Shown in pieces: positions 1-12,745 of a stretch of 64,000 nucleotides of DNA. The first letter of the stretch is position 1. Every line of letters begins with the position of its first letter. Source of the DNA: Scyliorhinus canicula (Eukaryota); contig NC_052172.1 of assembly GCF_902713615.1 (NCBI RefSeq), positions 6,243,337 to 6,307,336 of the forward strand. Reading direction: 5' to 3'. The notes beneath the pieces were generated by a model. It was not told the origin of the DNA. It searched no databases and saw nothing but the letters and a program-made list of their open reading frames with translations. The position numbers were made by a program, and so were the translations under genes.

Positions 1-300
1 TTTTCCCCTTGGTGTGAGGATGGGTGGCTAGCGGGCATAGATTTAGGATAAGGGTTTAGAGAGTCTATGAGGGAAAATGTTGTCATCGAGAGGGTGGTGG
101 GATACTGGAACTCACTGCCTGTAAGGTTGTTGGAGGCAAAGACCCTCGTAACATTTAAGAAGCATTTAGACATGCGCTTGCGATGTCAACGCATGCAAGG
201 TGATGGGCCAAGTGCTGGAAAATAGGGTTAGAATACTGAAATGGTTGTCCTATACGAGTCCAGATGTGATGAGCCAAAGGGCCTTTTGTGTGCGGTCAAC
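1..300 (+). mobile_element. CR1 LINE 3' end fragment
   Basis: Degenerate CR1 ORF2 C-terminus and 3' UTR (gagggtggtgggatactggaactcactgcct..). Confidence 0.7.
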
Positions 301-714
301 CTACCTGACGATATGAACGGAGTAGCAGGATTATTTGGGGTGTCTAAAAAAGGGACAATGTTGTGATGAGGCTCGACATCGGAGACAAATGTGCAGTATT
401 TTGCACTTCAGGTTAATTGCTAACCAGTAATCATGCAAACATCACAAGACAAAGAAAGGTCCCAAAACAGCAAAGAGACGAACTTAATATAATAGCTGCT
501 AAAAGTGCACTGTGATATTTGCCCCGTCTCGGAATTGGACTGGCGGAAAGTATTCTATCAACTGAATCTCAGTAATAATTTGCCACATTGCTGGGGCCAA
601 CCTTCTGAATATGCAGAAGGCACGTATTATGGTGGGGTCTTATATAAAACATAAGTAATAGGAACAGAAGTAGATCTCTTAGCTATTCGATCTCGCTCGG
701 CCAGAAACAGATCA

Positions 715-2760
715 GAGCTGGGATTCTGCTTCAGCACCATTTTCCTGCACTAGCACAATATTCCTCGAAGTTCCTAATATGTAGAAATCTATCTCTCTCA
801 GTCTTGAATATGGTCAATGACAGAGTCTCCGCAGCCTTCTAAGGCATAGACTTCATCAAAGGTCCACCACCCTCTAAGTGAAGAGATTCCTCCTGACCCC
901 AGTACAAAATGTCCTGCCTTTTATTCTGAGACTTTATCTCCAGATTCCAGAGACCGTACCACCATAACCTAGACAATGCAAACATCCTTCCTGCATCTAC
1001 CCTGTCGAGTCCTGCAATAACTTTGTACGCTTGATTGCGAACACTTCTCATTCTTAAAAACGCAAGAGAATAAAGGCTCAGCCTATTTAATCGTTCGTCA
1101 AACACAATACCCCATCAAAGGAATTTATTTCCTGAATCTCTGTTGCACTTTCGCTGTGCCAAGTAGATCTCTTCTTTAGTAAGGAGACCAAAACTGCACA
1201 CGATGCTCTTGGTGAGGTTTCACTAAATGTTTTATATAATTTCTGTAAGACATCTTTGCTCCTGTAGTCAAATCACCTTATAAGAACGGCCAACATACCA
1301 TTTGCCTTTTTAATTCCTCACTCTACCTGATTTTGAAATTCCAATGACCCATGAACAAAGACACTTTAAGTTAACACCAGCCAGACTGTTTGCATTAAGA
1401 TATAACCCATATTTCAGTATTGTCTACCAAAGAGATTATTCGTACGTTCCTCCACGTTTATTCCATCGACCAAATTTGTAACCAATTTCTTTGTCCAAAA
1501 TCCCCTAGAAGCTGCGTTGCCTTTTCCTAAAAACTCACACGTCCTCGTATATTTTGTGCCATCTTGAAATTTGGAAATATTATCTTTAACCACCCGCCCA
1601 TTCACATTATTGATGTAGATAGTAAATTTTCGGGGCTCATGCGCCAATCCTTGCTTTGCCCACAAATCACAGCTTCACCGATCTGAACATGACAGACTTA
1701 TCCATGCTCTGTTTTTGTCCGTTAACCACTTCTCAGTATATGTTAGTATATTCTCCCAATTCTGTTGATTCTAATTTTGTTCACTAACCTTCTCAAACGC
1801 TTTTTTGAAAATCTAAATATACCACATTCACCGTTCCCTCCTGATCCATTCTGCTAGTTACATCCTCAAATAAACCTCCAACAGGTTTGTCAAACAAGAT
1901 TTCACTTTTATAGCTTTCATGTTAACTCTGCCCGATCCTATCATATTTTCTAAAGTGTATTGTTATTACATCCTTTATTATAGATTCCAGGATTTCCCGA
2001 CTACTGGTGTCAGGCTAACATATCTGTAGTTGATTGTGTCTTATCTTCCACTTTTCTTAAATGCTGGGGTTACATTTATCATCTTCCAATCTGCAAGAAC
2101 CATTCCGGAGCCCACAGAATGTTGAAAGATTATCACCAATGCACCTTCTACCCCCACAACCATACAGCTGCTTGCTCTTCTCAATTCTCATAAAATCGTA
2201 AATTTGAAAAATTAAGGTGCAGGAGGAGGTCATTCGGAACTTATGCACGGAACAGATGTTTGATCAGATAACTAACTCCGCTTTCAGCAGGCTCCCCATA
2301 ACATCTGACTTCCATGTAGAGCAGAGATCAGACTAACTCAACGTTAAGTGCATCGAAAGACACCCCTCCGCCGCACTGCTCTCTGGGAAAGGTAATGTCA
2401 AATATTAATGACCCTCTTAGAGATCAAACTCATCCCCTTATTTTGACTACCACTAGATGCCCCATTGGGTAAGATACCGCTCAGTCTGCCCTGCATAGCT
2501 CTCCCAGGGTCTTCTTCCTTTCAACAATATCTCTGTCTTATGTCATCTAATGAGTACAGGTCAAACGTGCACGTCCTTTCTACACTAGCCATGATTTTTA
2601 TCCCAGGATCAAATCCGACATGGAAAGTTAGTTCTCCCCCAGATATATCCTCACCACAAGCTTGAGGGCTTGTCCATTTGGTACAAAAGCATCCTGATGT
2701 TATTAATAGTGCCCCCTTTTCAGGGCAGTATTACCATGTCCCCTCTTCGTGCAGTACTTT
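715..2760 (-). mobile_element. Degenerate CR1 LINE fragments
   Basis: Reverse RT motifs (..DNISKFQDGTK.. corresponding to ISKFADDTK; tttgtcaaacaagatttc..). Confidence 0.75.
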
Positions 2761-2789
2761 CTCTGGGAATTTGAGACTGAAGTGCATAT

Positions 2790-3390
2790 CCAAAGTGGGG
2801 TTAGGTCAACTGCTTGAAGCAAACTGGAGTCCTGTGACCAGCCGTGTGCCTCAGGGATCAGTGCTGGGTCCACTGTTATTTGTTATTTATATTAATGATT
2901 TGGATGATAATTTAGGAGGCATGGTTCGTATATTTGCAGATGAAACTAAGATTGGTGGCATAGTGGACAGCGAAGACGTTTATCCAGGATTGCAACAGAA
3001 TCTTGATCAATTGAATCAGTGGGCTGATGAATCGCAGATGCAGTTTAATTTCGATGAATGTGAGGTGATGCATTTTGGTAGATCGAATCTGGGCAGTTAC
3101 TCGTAGGGTGTTGGGGAGAGTTATAGAACAAACATATCTATGAGCACAATTTATTGCTGCTTCAAAGTGGAGTCACAGTTGGATAGACTGGGGAAGAAGG
3201 CATTCGGCATGCTTGGTTGAGACGTCTTGCTGAAGTTGTACAAGACATTAGATCATCGATTAGTGAGGCCGCACTTGGAATACTGTGTACAGTTCTTGTT
3301 ACCCTATCATAGAAAGGATATTATCATCTAGAAAGACTGCAGAAAATAATTACTACAATGCTACCGAGATATGATGGTTTACCATATCAA
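2790..3390 (+). mobile_element. CR1 LINE RT fragment
   Basis: ORF 2678-3106 contains VPQGSVLGPLLFVIYINDLD..IFADETK. Confidence 0.88.
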
Positions 3391-4251
3391 TGGAGCTGTC
3401 AAAGGTTGAATTATTGACCCTGTGCCTTGTAGCTTTCAACCCGGGCTGCCTTGGTAAAGCTATTAGCTGTTGGTCCTCTGAAGAGCAGTAGGGATGACGA
3501 ATCTCTGGCCACACAGTATTAGTGCATTCTTTATGGTCAGTTCATCTCCAATGGCGAAGAAGCTCCCTTGAGGATTTTGGCTAGCCCCTCATGATAACGT
3601 CATGCAATTGTCTGCATTTGATGTCCGCCTGTCAGGCCTGTTTGAACTCCTGAATTAGACGAGAGGAAACCACATGTATCACTAGAACATCGATGCATTG
3701 CTCGGGACCTGCCTGATTTGAGCAGGGTCAGAAGGCTCTGTAGAGGATATCTATTATGCTGCTATTCAAATGAATTTGAAAGTCGTTGCTGACGAATCTC
3801 AGGAAACGAACAGACAGATACAAAAATGAACCAGGAATGGAAGTGGTGGTCTGCATTACACATGTAATGGAATATCAGAATAAATAAGTTTTGCGACAAT
3901 AATGAAAGGCATCGGTAAGGCATTTGGAGTACGTTGTAGAGTTTTGGTTTCCATCCTTCAGGAAGCATCCGGTTGCCTTGTAAAGCCTATGGCCGCTGTT
4001 CATTAGCCTGATTCCTTGAATGCGAGTTCTGCGTTGTTACGCCAGATGCAGTAGAATAGATGTAGCTGTCTAGTTAAAAGGAATCACATATGACCGGATC
4101 TAAATGGAAAACATTCTTAGACGGATTTGTGGGCCAGATGCGCGGGGAAGGGGGGGGGGGGGAGGAGGATGGGCGGTCACAGTTTCAGGCAAGGTGATCG
4201 GCCGCATTTGATGATACGAAGTTAGATTGCCTCAGTCAGAGGTTTGCGAAT

Positions 4252-4983
4252 TGTTACGAGAACCTCGACCGTGTGCGCAGGAAATTCGAGCCCCACGTGA
4301 CCCAGATGCTTGAAAATAGATTTATTTAAAGAAATCCGATGTCTTCAGCTGCCCAATGTCTACAGCCACTAGCTTTGTAAATTTAAACATCATTAACGTG
4401 TTCCTTTTAACCGTAACTAAAATTAAACAGGCAGCGAATTCGACTGGTTAACTACTATCTAATCTCTAACCCTTTAAACTCACCCACCTCCAACAAACAC
4501 ACACAGACAAACAAACACAGAGAAAAACAGGGGTGTAAAATAATTATAAAAGCGAAAGAATAAGGATCTTTGTTTCAGATGGACGTATTTCAGCTATTTC
4601 TTTCAGTCTAGACTTTCAGATGGACGTTATCTTTTCTTTCAGCGTTTAATGGTTATCATTCTGGACTCACAGAACTAGCCGGCAGCAGCGTTCGAGAGAA
4701 AGAGTGACAGCCTCTTCCTTCACGGTCTAAAATATTCTGCCTTCAGACAGTAATCAGCCAAGACAAGAGCGCGGGAACTGCTTCCACCTTGAGGGCGCAG
4801 TTATTATTCCTGGGTTCTCTCCGAGAAACTACACCTGCCAGGAACCGATCGTTGTCGGTTACAGGGCAGAATACCTGACCAACCCATTGTCCGGCAGCAA
4901 ATCAGTCGAGACGTACCCCTCCAATCCCTTGGGTGTCATGACGTCTGGGTTCTTTTGTTGAAAATATAAAACTTTCTAGCACA
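4252..4983 (-). mobile_element. Probable solo LTR
   Basis: TGT..ACA termini (tgttacg..tagcaca) and a reverse AATAAA near 4320, interrupting a CR1 3' end. No clean TSD seen. Confidence 0.45.
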
Positions 4984-5094
4984 TGTTGACGTTTTGAGCT
5001 CCACGTTCCTCTGCTCGATATATAGGCGTGTCTCTATGGACCCACAACAATAACGCCAAAATAAAAGAAATATGAACTAAGGAATCAACAGGCA

Positions 5095-5810
5095 AGGCAA
5101 TGTTGCACCTCACAGCGCCAGAGACCCGACGTTGGGTCACGGTGTGGCGCCTGCACGTTCTCCCAGCGTCTGCGTCGGTTTCCTCCGAGTGCTCCGCTTT
5201 TCTTCCATAGTCCAAGTCACTGCAGGTTAGGTGGAATGGGCCAAATTGTCCCTTCGCCCCTTAGTGTTCAAGAATGTTCAGTTGGGGGGGGGGGGGTTGT
5301 CATAATATAGATCCATGTATATGATGGAGTGCAGACAGGCAGTGATTGACACGCAGGATGACCAGTGAGCACACCGAACACAGCAGCCAATCACCAGACA
5401 GGACACGCCAACTATAAAGCCAGAGGGCACAAGTTTTCCCGCTCTGTCGGGATCCAGCCTCTGAGACAGCCAGAGCTCGTGAGCAGCAGCTAGAACAAAA
5501 CACCATGTGGTAGTCAGTTAGTCTGGTCAGGTTAGCCTCAGATCTCCAGTCAAGTCAGCATAGTGTCAAACCACAGTTAAGCATGTATTATAGTTAGTTG
5601 CTCAATAAAATCGTGTTGCATCTCATCAAGTGTTGGAAGCCTGTCTCTCTCTGCACTGCATCAAACGCAGTCCACATAGACCCAGCCTGCCCAACACATC
5701 AGGGGGGTTGTAGGGTTACGGATAGGGAGGGGAGTGGGTCCAGGTGAAATGATTTTTCAGATGGTCGGTGCAGACTGGATGGACTAAATGGCTTCCTTGG
5801 CACTGGATGA
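5095..5810 (+). mobile_element. HE1-type tRNA SINE split by a solo LTR
   Basis: SINE core (..gcacgttctccc..ggtttcctccgagtgctcc..) resumes after 5701 with gttgtagggttacggatagggag.. Confidence 0.75.
5298..5701 (+). mobile_element. Solo LTR (404 bp)
   Basis: TGTCA..CATCA termini, CCAAT and TATAAA near 5388-5418, AATAAA near 5604, inserted in a G-run. A related copy lies at 42832-43168. Confidence 0.8.
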
Positions 5811-5931
5811 GTTAGTTATATGTTTCCAATCTATGGAATGAAAACACCAGGTTCCATAATCAATGCTCTGCCATGACTGGTCCCTGGTGCGGGAAGCTGT
5901 TCACTTTCTCCATGAATGTTTACACTGCGAG

Positions 5932-5970
5932 GGTTCTGGCCAAGATTGTAAAACGGTCTGTGACACCGTG
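5932..5970 (-). other. Degenerate 23-RSS of psi-V3a
   Basis: CACGGTG (5964-5970), exactly 23 nt, then GCCAGAACC (5932-5940; 6/9 to ACAAAAACC), 19 nt after the Cys codon of VYYC. Confidence 0.7.
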
Positions 5971-6254
5971 TCTCATCACCAGTGGGGCAATAATACACCA
6001 AAGAATCTTTAGTTTGACAGCCTCCAGTGGTTGGAGTTTCTCGATTACGTTCTCGGAAGGTCAAAGCTCTCTCCACAGGCCGGTTGCATTTACGGTTCCT
6101 ACGGCTAAATCGGATTGTGGATTAAAACAAGTTCTTCTTCGGTGACCTGGGCCAAAATCATGCGCTGAAACACTGTTGCATTGTGGAAACAATGCCGCTC
6201 CACTCTCCCGCTTGCTTTCCAGTGATGAAAGTGGGAACTGAGTAACAGGACTTG
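5971..6254 (-). pseudogene. TRBV: Decayed TCR V segment of a third family (psi-V3a)
   Basis: Minus strand: acceptor ccccag| then SPVTQFPLSSLES..., CFHNATVFQRM..EELVLI, ..KLQPLEAVK, ..DSLVYYCPTGDE, with frameshifts and stops. It is followed directly by an RSS-like signal. Confidence 0.7.
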
Positions 6255-9200
6255 CTGGGGAATCGGTGAATGAAAAATATGATTCGTTAGGTTAATTCTG
6301 CAGTGGGCTCATATTTAAGTAACACTGTTCTTTTGGCCAAGAAAGTCAGCAACTGGTGTGATAAAACACGGGGAAATTCCAGACAGAACCAGACAGTAGC
6401 AAATGAAACAATTAAAAATGTGGTTGGCCGGAACTACTTAACTGAACGAAGTTCACCCTGCCGACCTCACTGTCTCTGTTCCTTCCCCACCACCTCATAT
6501 TTTGATATTTTTGAAACAAAATTCCTTTTGACAAGTCAGAATTCAATTTGCTTCTAACATATTTTAATGTTAATCATTGCAGAGATTTCCGTAGAATCCC
6601 GAAAGTGCAGAAGGCGGTCATTTTACCCATCAAGTCTGCACTGACTCTATGAAAGAGCGCCCTACCCAGGCGCAGTCCTGCTGAAATCTTATGTCACTTA
6701 TTTTGTTGTTGCCAGTTTTATTAATTCTGCTGTAATGGTTCCGCGACCTTGCTGACAGTGGATTCAACTTCATTAGACGTATTCTGCCAAATTCCTGATG
6801 TAATTTCCATGGGAATAAATCAAATTAAATTGAATACTAGCGGAACAACATAACCAGATCTTAGTATCTAAACTTGCTTGTTTGTCGCTCGTTGATCTAA
6901 GTCATAAATTGGTCGCTAAATCGTGACGCTTATAGGACATCGGGAATAAGAGAGCCAATAGTAATAGATGGTGGCATAGCGGTTAGCGCTGCTGCCTCAT
7001 AGGGAGCTCGGTTCGATTCTGGCCGTGGGGGACTGTGTGGAATTTGCACGTTCTCCTTGCGTCTGTATCAACAATAAAAATATGTCTTAAAGGTAGGGCG
7101 CCAAGCTGCAATAAGAACGCTTGCGGCCTTAAACAGCGGTTTAATTGCCGTATGGCTGATTAATGTAGGATAGCATCCACGGGTGAATGTGAAGTACAGG
7201 ATGGTGAATCCCAGGCAATATGTTTCGAATAACGGAATAGCATTATTGCCGCAATTGCAGCAAACAATACTTCCTGAGTTAGGCAACATTGACAGGAGGT
7301 TTAAAATGAGAATTAGAGAAATTATGAGATGAAGAAATGTGGAGTAAGAGGTGAAGGGGGCTCCAATTTATTGGTAAATTTGAACAAGAGGGCCGACCTA
7401 CTAAGAGAACGTTGAGATGAGATTTGCTGCGTGTTCCCAGACATGGGGGTCTGGACCTGGTAGACTGAGAGAAAGTGTTCCCATTGGTGGACGGGTGAAA
7501 TACAACACAAGATAACAGACAACAATCAGGAGCAGCAGTATGCGTTATGCCCCCCCCCCCCCCGACCCCCGAACCTTCTGCACCATTCGGTGAGATCTGG
7601 TTGTGGTATCGGCCCCACTTCCCTGCCTGCGACTCGAACCCCCTCGCCCATATCATTGACTCCATTGCTAATCCAAAAACTGTCTAACTCAACCTTGAAC
7701 ATACTCCATGGCCCAGACTAAACTCCCCTCTGAGAAGCACTTTCACAGACTAAAGACTCCAAGAGAAAAATAAACAATCTCCTTGCCTCAGTCCGAAATG
7801 ACAGACTCCAACATTTTGAACAGTTTTCCCTGGTTCCAGACGCTGACTCACGGTGAATCATCCCCTCAGCATCCACCCCTTGCAAGTCCCTTCATGATAT
7901 TACATGTTTCAATATGTTCAGCACTTATTCTTCTAAACCATGTGTTATACGCCTTCTACTCAAGATTTCTTCAGATGTAAACCCCTTCTTCCCGCAATCA
8001 GTCGCTTTTCGCCCTAATCCTTTCTTAGGTAAAGAGAGCAAAATTACACCATACCTTAGATTTTGTCTCTCTAACACCCTCTACAACTGTAACATCGCTT
8101 TCTTACTGCTATACACGATTCACCAAATTCCTACAAGCCATCAGCCTTCTGGTTGCTGCTGTCCCTGTGTATCACAGACCCTTGTTATCTGAGCTCCTGA
8201 ACGCCCAGGTCCCTGTGTACGGTGGAGTTCTACAGTTTCTGTCCATTGGCAAAATATGCCGCCTTTTTCCTTTGTTTGCCCGACAATAATAATAATCGCT
8301 TATTGTTAATGAAGGTACTGCGAAAAGCCGAGAAAGTGGACAATATCACATTTTATCATATTATATCTCATATACCAATTCTCTGCCACTCACTTAATAT
8401 CTCCCGTTGTCGACTCTAGATACTTATTTTCCGACCTAACTATGTGCCCTCGGTAAATGTAGCTACAATACCTTCCTATCGTTCATTCAAATGAGAACCA
8501 GAGGACACCGTCTCAATGTATTTACCGAAAGACGCAATAGCAACACGAGGACAGGCCTTGTTTAACACAGAGAAAGGTTAGCCTCTGAAATATGCGGCCT
8601 GAGACTCTGCTGGAGGCTGATTGAATCGTGGGTTTCGAAAAGGGTTGGAAGGAGACCTGAAGGTAAAATATGGACAAAGAGCAGCGAAAGTGGAACGAAC
8701 TGTGCAGATGCTGCAGAGGGCCAGCACGGATAGAACGAGTCCTGTCGCCTCCTCTTGTGCTGTAGCGATTCACTAATCCTTATTGCGGTATTTTCAAAGA
8801 GTCAGCAGGGCAGCAATGGTCTCACTGTTTCCTGTGTTACACCATTGAACAATAGAAGAGCGTCTTGTCAACCGGAAGTGACGCGTCTATCTGCATTCCT
8901 GGCAATCAGGTCCCAACTGGGATTCCGATTGGTTGAAGCCTGATCTTTCTTTATTTGGGAGATGTGAACGCCCTGAAATTGTTTCCCCTTCTCTTTTTTG
9001 ACTCCTCCCCTTCAGATGATGCCGCCCGTTATCTAGAATTGTACCTGATAAATCTGCCTGACCTGGCTATTCCGACCAACAGTTGTCTATGCTCCAGAGG
9101 AGAAACCTACAAGACTGTCTTTATTATTGTCTATCAGCTACATTTTCCATACATGTGAACTCGTCTGCTGATAGCTTTCCTGTAAAAGCAGCAAGGCTAT

Positions 9201-9415
9201 TTGTCTATTTCCTACACCAGCCACCAATGACGGCGTTTCTCCTGATTTCCCTCTTGATTTATTAGGGAGTACCTTATATTTATCGTCCCCCAGTCTTGTC
9301 ATCGGGAGAAGTTTAAATTTACGCGCTTAAAAAAATTAACAATCGAAAGCACTCTCTATGTAGTTTCCGGATTCCGTTGTGACGCTACACCAGTCTGCGA
9401 TGATCCCGTGTGAGA

Positions 9416-9454
9416 GGTTTTTGTCCAAGTTGCCAATGACTGTAAACCGCTGTG
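9416..9454 (-). other. 23-RSS of V-A
   Basis: CACAGCG (9448-9454), 23 nt, consensus nonamer ACAAAAACC (9416-9424). Confidence 0.97.
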
Positions 9455-10172
9455 GCGTATTAGCAGCTGCACAAAAGTACACCGCTGCGTCCGTGGGTTC
9501 AACACTGTTGATCTTCAGGGTTGATTTTCTATTTTCCATTGTCCTCGTCATAACAAATCCGCTCTTGAAACCGTCTTTATACTGGGCCTCACCTGCTAAA
9601 TACAAATAACCCATGAGCAAGAATCCCCCACCGGCCGGCTGCCGATACCAGAACATGGTATCACGAAACTCTCCTTCCTGCAGACACTCCATTTCAGCTG
9701 ATCCTCGCTCCTTGATGGCAGACGAACGAGGCGATTGGTGCACCAAATCTGCCCGGCAGCCACCTGGAAGCAAAAAATAGAGAGGAAGAATGAAGATTGT
9801 TTCACTTACACTTGAGTGGCTGGATTTTGGAGCAGCGGAAGATTAACGATGAAAATTCCGCCTTTAACCTAAATCCCTTCAATCGCCCCTAGACATGTAA
9901 TTGACAATAAAATGGCGCAAACTCTTCGGCCTTCACGTGGGTATAATAATTAAAAAACTTTTCATATTATCAATAAAATTTAAGAACAAAAGAGAGAACA
10001 GAATAAATACGCCAGTATCTTAGGTTCAATAATTGATGATTTCACAAGTCACCACTCCACTGCACCAGTTTGAGCAATACCCATCCCTTTAAGGAAAGCG
10101 AACATAGATAAGACATTTTAACATACTGAGCACTAGAAGGAAAATAAGAAAGACGATCAGGTGGGTTCGCAT
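9455..10172 (-). CDS. TRBV: TCR beta V segment A (leader exon 10127-10172, intron 9764-10126, V exon 9455-9763), apparently functional
   Basis: Leader MRTHLIVFLIFLLVL then A|GTATGT donor; acceptor cttccag|GT. V reads SGCRA-DLVHQSPRSSAIKERGSAEMECLQEGEFRDTMFWYRQPAGGGFLLMGYLYLAGEAQYKDGFKSGFVMTRTMENRKSTLKINSVEPTDAAVYFCAAA, with canonical Cys, Trp and YxC and an open frame. Confidence 0.92.
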
Positions 10173-10230
10173 CTTTTCGGTGAGTCTAAGGCACCTTCCG
10201 GTGTTTGCACTGGGTTAAGAAGACTCAGAT

Positions 10231-10256
10231 GAATTGGCGACAGGACAGTACGTCAT
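10231..10256 (-). promoter_or_regulatory. V-A promoter elements: CRE-like ATGACGTA and CCAAT
   Basis: ATGACGTA at 10249-10256 (about 77 nt upstream of the ATG) and GCCAAT at about 10233-10238. A CRE-like decamer in V-beta promoters is established in mammals; function here is inferred. Confidence 0.4.
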
Positions 10257-10639
10257 AACCAGAAGTTGCATCAGAGCAGTAACTCCGCCCCTTTGTTCAG
10301 TTGAAAGTCTATCTTTAGTTATTATCTATCTCTTCAGATTTATTTCCTTCTTTATTTCCATATCTCTTCTCTCAAATCCGCCCCCCCCCCCTCTGCTGAA
10401 AATATTTCCATTGTCGTTTCCTTGCTAAATGTGTTTTTGACTCTGAATCGAGTGGAAATTTGAAGCGTTTTCGGTCGGACGGAAATATCAGATCTTCCCT
10501 CCGACAGTTTTGGGACATGCCCTGGACTGGCTGTGCGCCGTCCTTGGCTGCGCTGTGAACAACAACCGATTGTCAGGTTAGCGCTGGGGATCCACAGGGT
10601 GGACATCCGATCGTTCATGGCTCGTGCATTCAAAATCGA

Positions 10640-12745
10640 GTTAAATCGGATTCCTACAGAGCAGAACGAGGTCATTAGGCCCGCTTGTTCCGCACCTACC
10701 TTCCGAAAGAACACCCGACCCAAGCATACTCCCCACCAAACCAGCCCTGTCCGCCGCAGCCCTATATGCATATCTTTGGACACTAAAGGTCAATTGATCA
10801 TGCCCAATCCACCTAACCGGCACATATGTGGTCTGTAGGAGGAAACCGGAGCACCCGGAGGAAACCCGCTCACACAAGAGGCGATAGTGTGACAGTCACC
10901 CGTGGCTGGAATTGAACCCGGATCCCTGACGATGTGAGGCAGTAGCGCCAATTACCCAAGATCAGTTCACAAATTAACCCGATAAATTTAGGATTATCAG
11001 CAAATCAATAGCATCGTTGAAGTTTGCTTAACATTGAATAATGTCAGTTTAAATGACACTGAGAACACCGAGTAACCAATAGATATTCGTGTGACAACAA
11101 ATAACAGACTTGGAGTGGCTTTCGAGTAGTAGAGATGAAAATACATTATGGGTGTTAGAAATATGACTGTTGATGGGCAATATGATGAACAGATTGTACA
11201 TTGTAGTTTTGTACCATGTGGGTTTGTCCATTGTTTTCCTGAAACAACGATACCAGTGAACAACTTCCAAATCGTTCAGCATTGTACTATTGGGTGCTTG
11301 AAATGGAAGGGGAAAGGCGAGGAAAATTAGAGACAAGGCTGAAAATTATGGAAATAACGCACCAATTCAGAACAGCGGTTAGCTAAGTGCATAGATCATA
11401 GATTTTATAGTGCAGATGGAGGCAATTCGGCCCTTCGAGTCTCCACCGGCCCTTGGAAAGGACACCGTACTCAAGTCCACGCCTCCACCCTATCCCCCAA
11501 CCCAGTAACACCACTTAACCCTTTTTGACACAAAGGGCAATTTAGCATGGCCAGTCCACCAAACCTGCACCTCTTTGGACTATGGGAGGAAACCGAAGCA
11601 CCCGGAGGAAACCCACGCAGACACGAGGAGGACGTCTGGACTCCGAAAGAAACAACGGGCTTTTCTGTTGCGGCTTCCATGACCTCGGGACCAACAATGC
11701 CTTTTCCCAGTGATGGACGTGCTTGAAATGAGGTCACTGCCGTATTTTAATGAAACGCGGCAGCCGATTTACGCACACCTTGATATCACTAACAGTAAGG
11801 TGACAATTAGCAGATAATCATTTGCTCGTTAATTTGCTTCAGGGCAAATATAGGATGGATACCAGCAGATGTCCGGTGTTTTTCTCATTCTATCAATCTT
11901 TAGTTCTCCAAATGAGAGAGCAGCCAAAGGACCGGTTTAATTATTTCAGCAGGGCAGCACTCCTCCATTCCTGCCCTCATCCCGACAATGTTCCTGCGCC
12001 GATATTCCTGAATAGGATATCGCTGAGCGTTATCCACTCAATGGACGCCTTTGCTCACTCATTGACATTCATTGATGCCAAGATTAGGGGAGTTGAAATA
12101 TAAGGAGAAACTAGAGAAGATTCTAATGTTATCCTTGCAATGGAGAGGCTGAAGAGAGATTTCCCATAATGACCCCAGTCGAGACATTTCGTTTTGAGGG
12201 ACAGGCTGGAGAGCTCGATTGCTTTTCCTTATCGCAGAACGAGCTAATGGGAAGGTTTGACAACAGATGGGCTCCAATTTAGGTATTTTAATAGAAATTG
12301 TTTTCACTGACAGGAGCACCTGCGATAGTTAGACAAAGAAAATCTATGTAAATCAGACAGTTGTAATACGGAATTTACGGACTAGAGCTATGGCGGCAGG
12401 CTAGTACAGTGGTCAGCACACGGGCTCACATCGCTCGGGACCGCGGTCCAATTCTGGGCTCGGATGACTGTCTGTGTGGAGCTTGTACGTTCTCTCCCTG
12501 TCTGCGTGGATTTCCTCCGGCTGCTCCAGCTTCCTCCCATAGGTGGACGGTTGTGTTGATTGGTCATGATAAAGTGTATTTTCGTGTCCTGAGATGTGCC
12601 GGTTCGGTTACGGGATAAGTTAGGGGTATGGGGATTGCGCGGGCTAGATGACTGCACATGGATAAAGTGCTCATTTGGAAGGTCGGGATAGAGTAGACTC
12701 GGTGGGGCGAATGGTCTGCTTTGCACTGTCGAAATTCTATGACCT
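10640..12745. mobile_element. Three HE1-type SINEs (about 10640-10945 minus, 11390-11640 minus, 12387-12745 plus)
   Basis: ggaggaaaccggagcacccggaggaaaccc core and its reverse complement. Confidence 0.85.

Noticed and set aside
6360-6420. Possible degenerate leader exon for psi-V3a
   Set aside because: Hydrophobic codons and a GT are present, but there is no ATG and the phase is ambiguous, so it cannot be supported.
9800-9900. GTAAGT donor near 9805 as the V-A leader end
   Set aside because: No in-frame ATG with a hydrophobic leader. The exon at 10127-10172 fits phase, length and composition.
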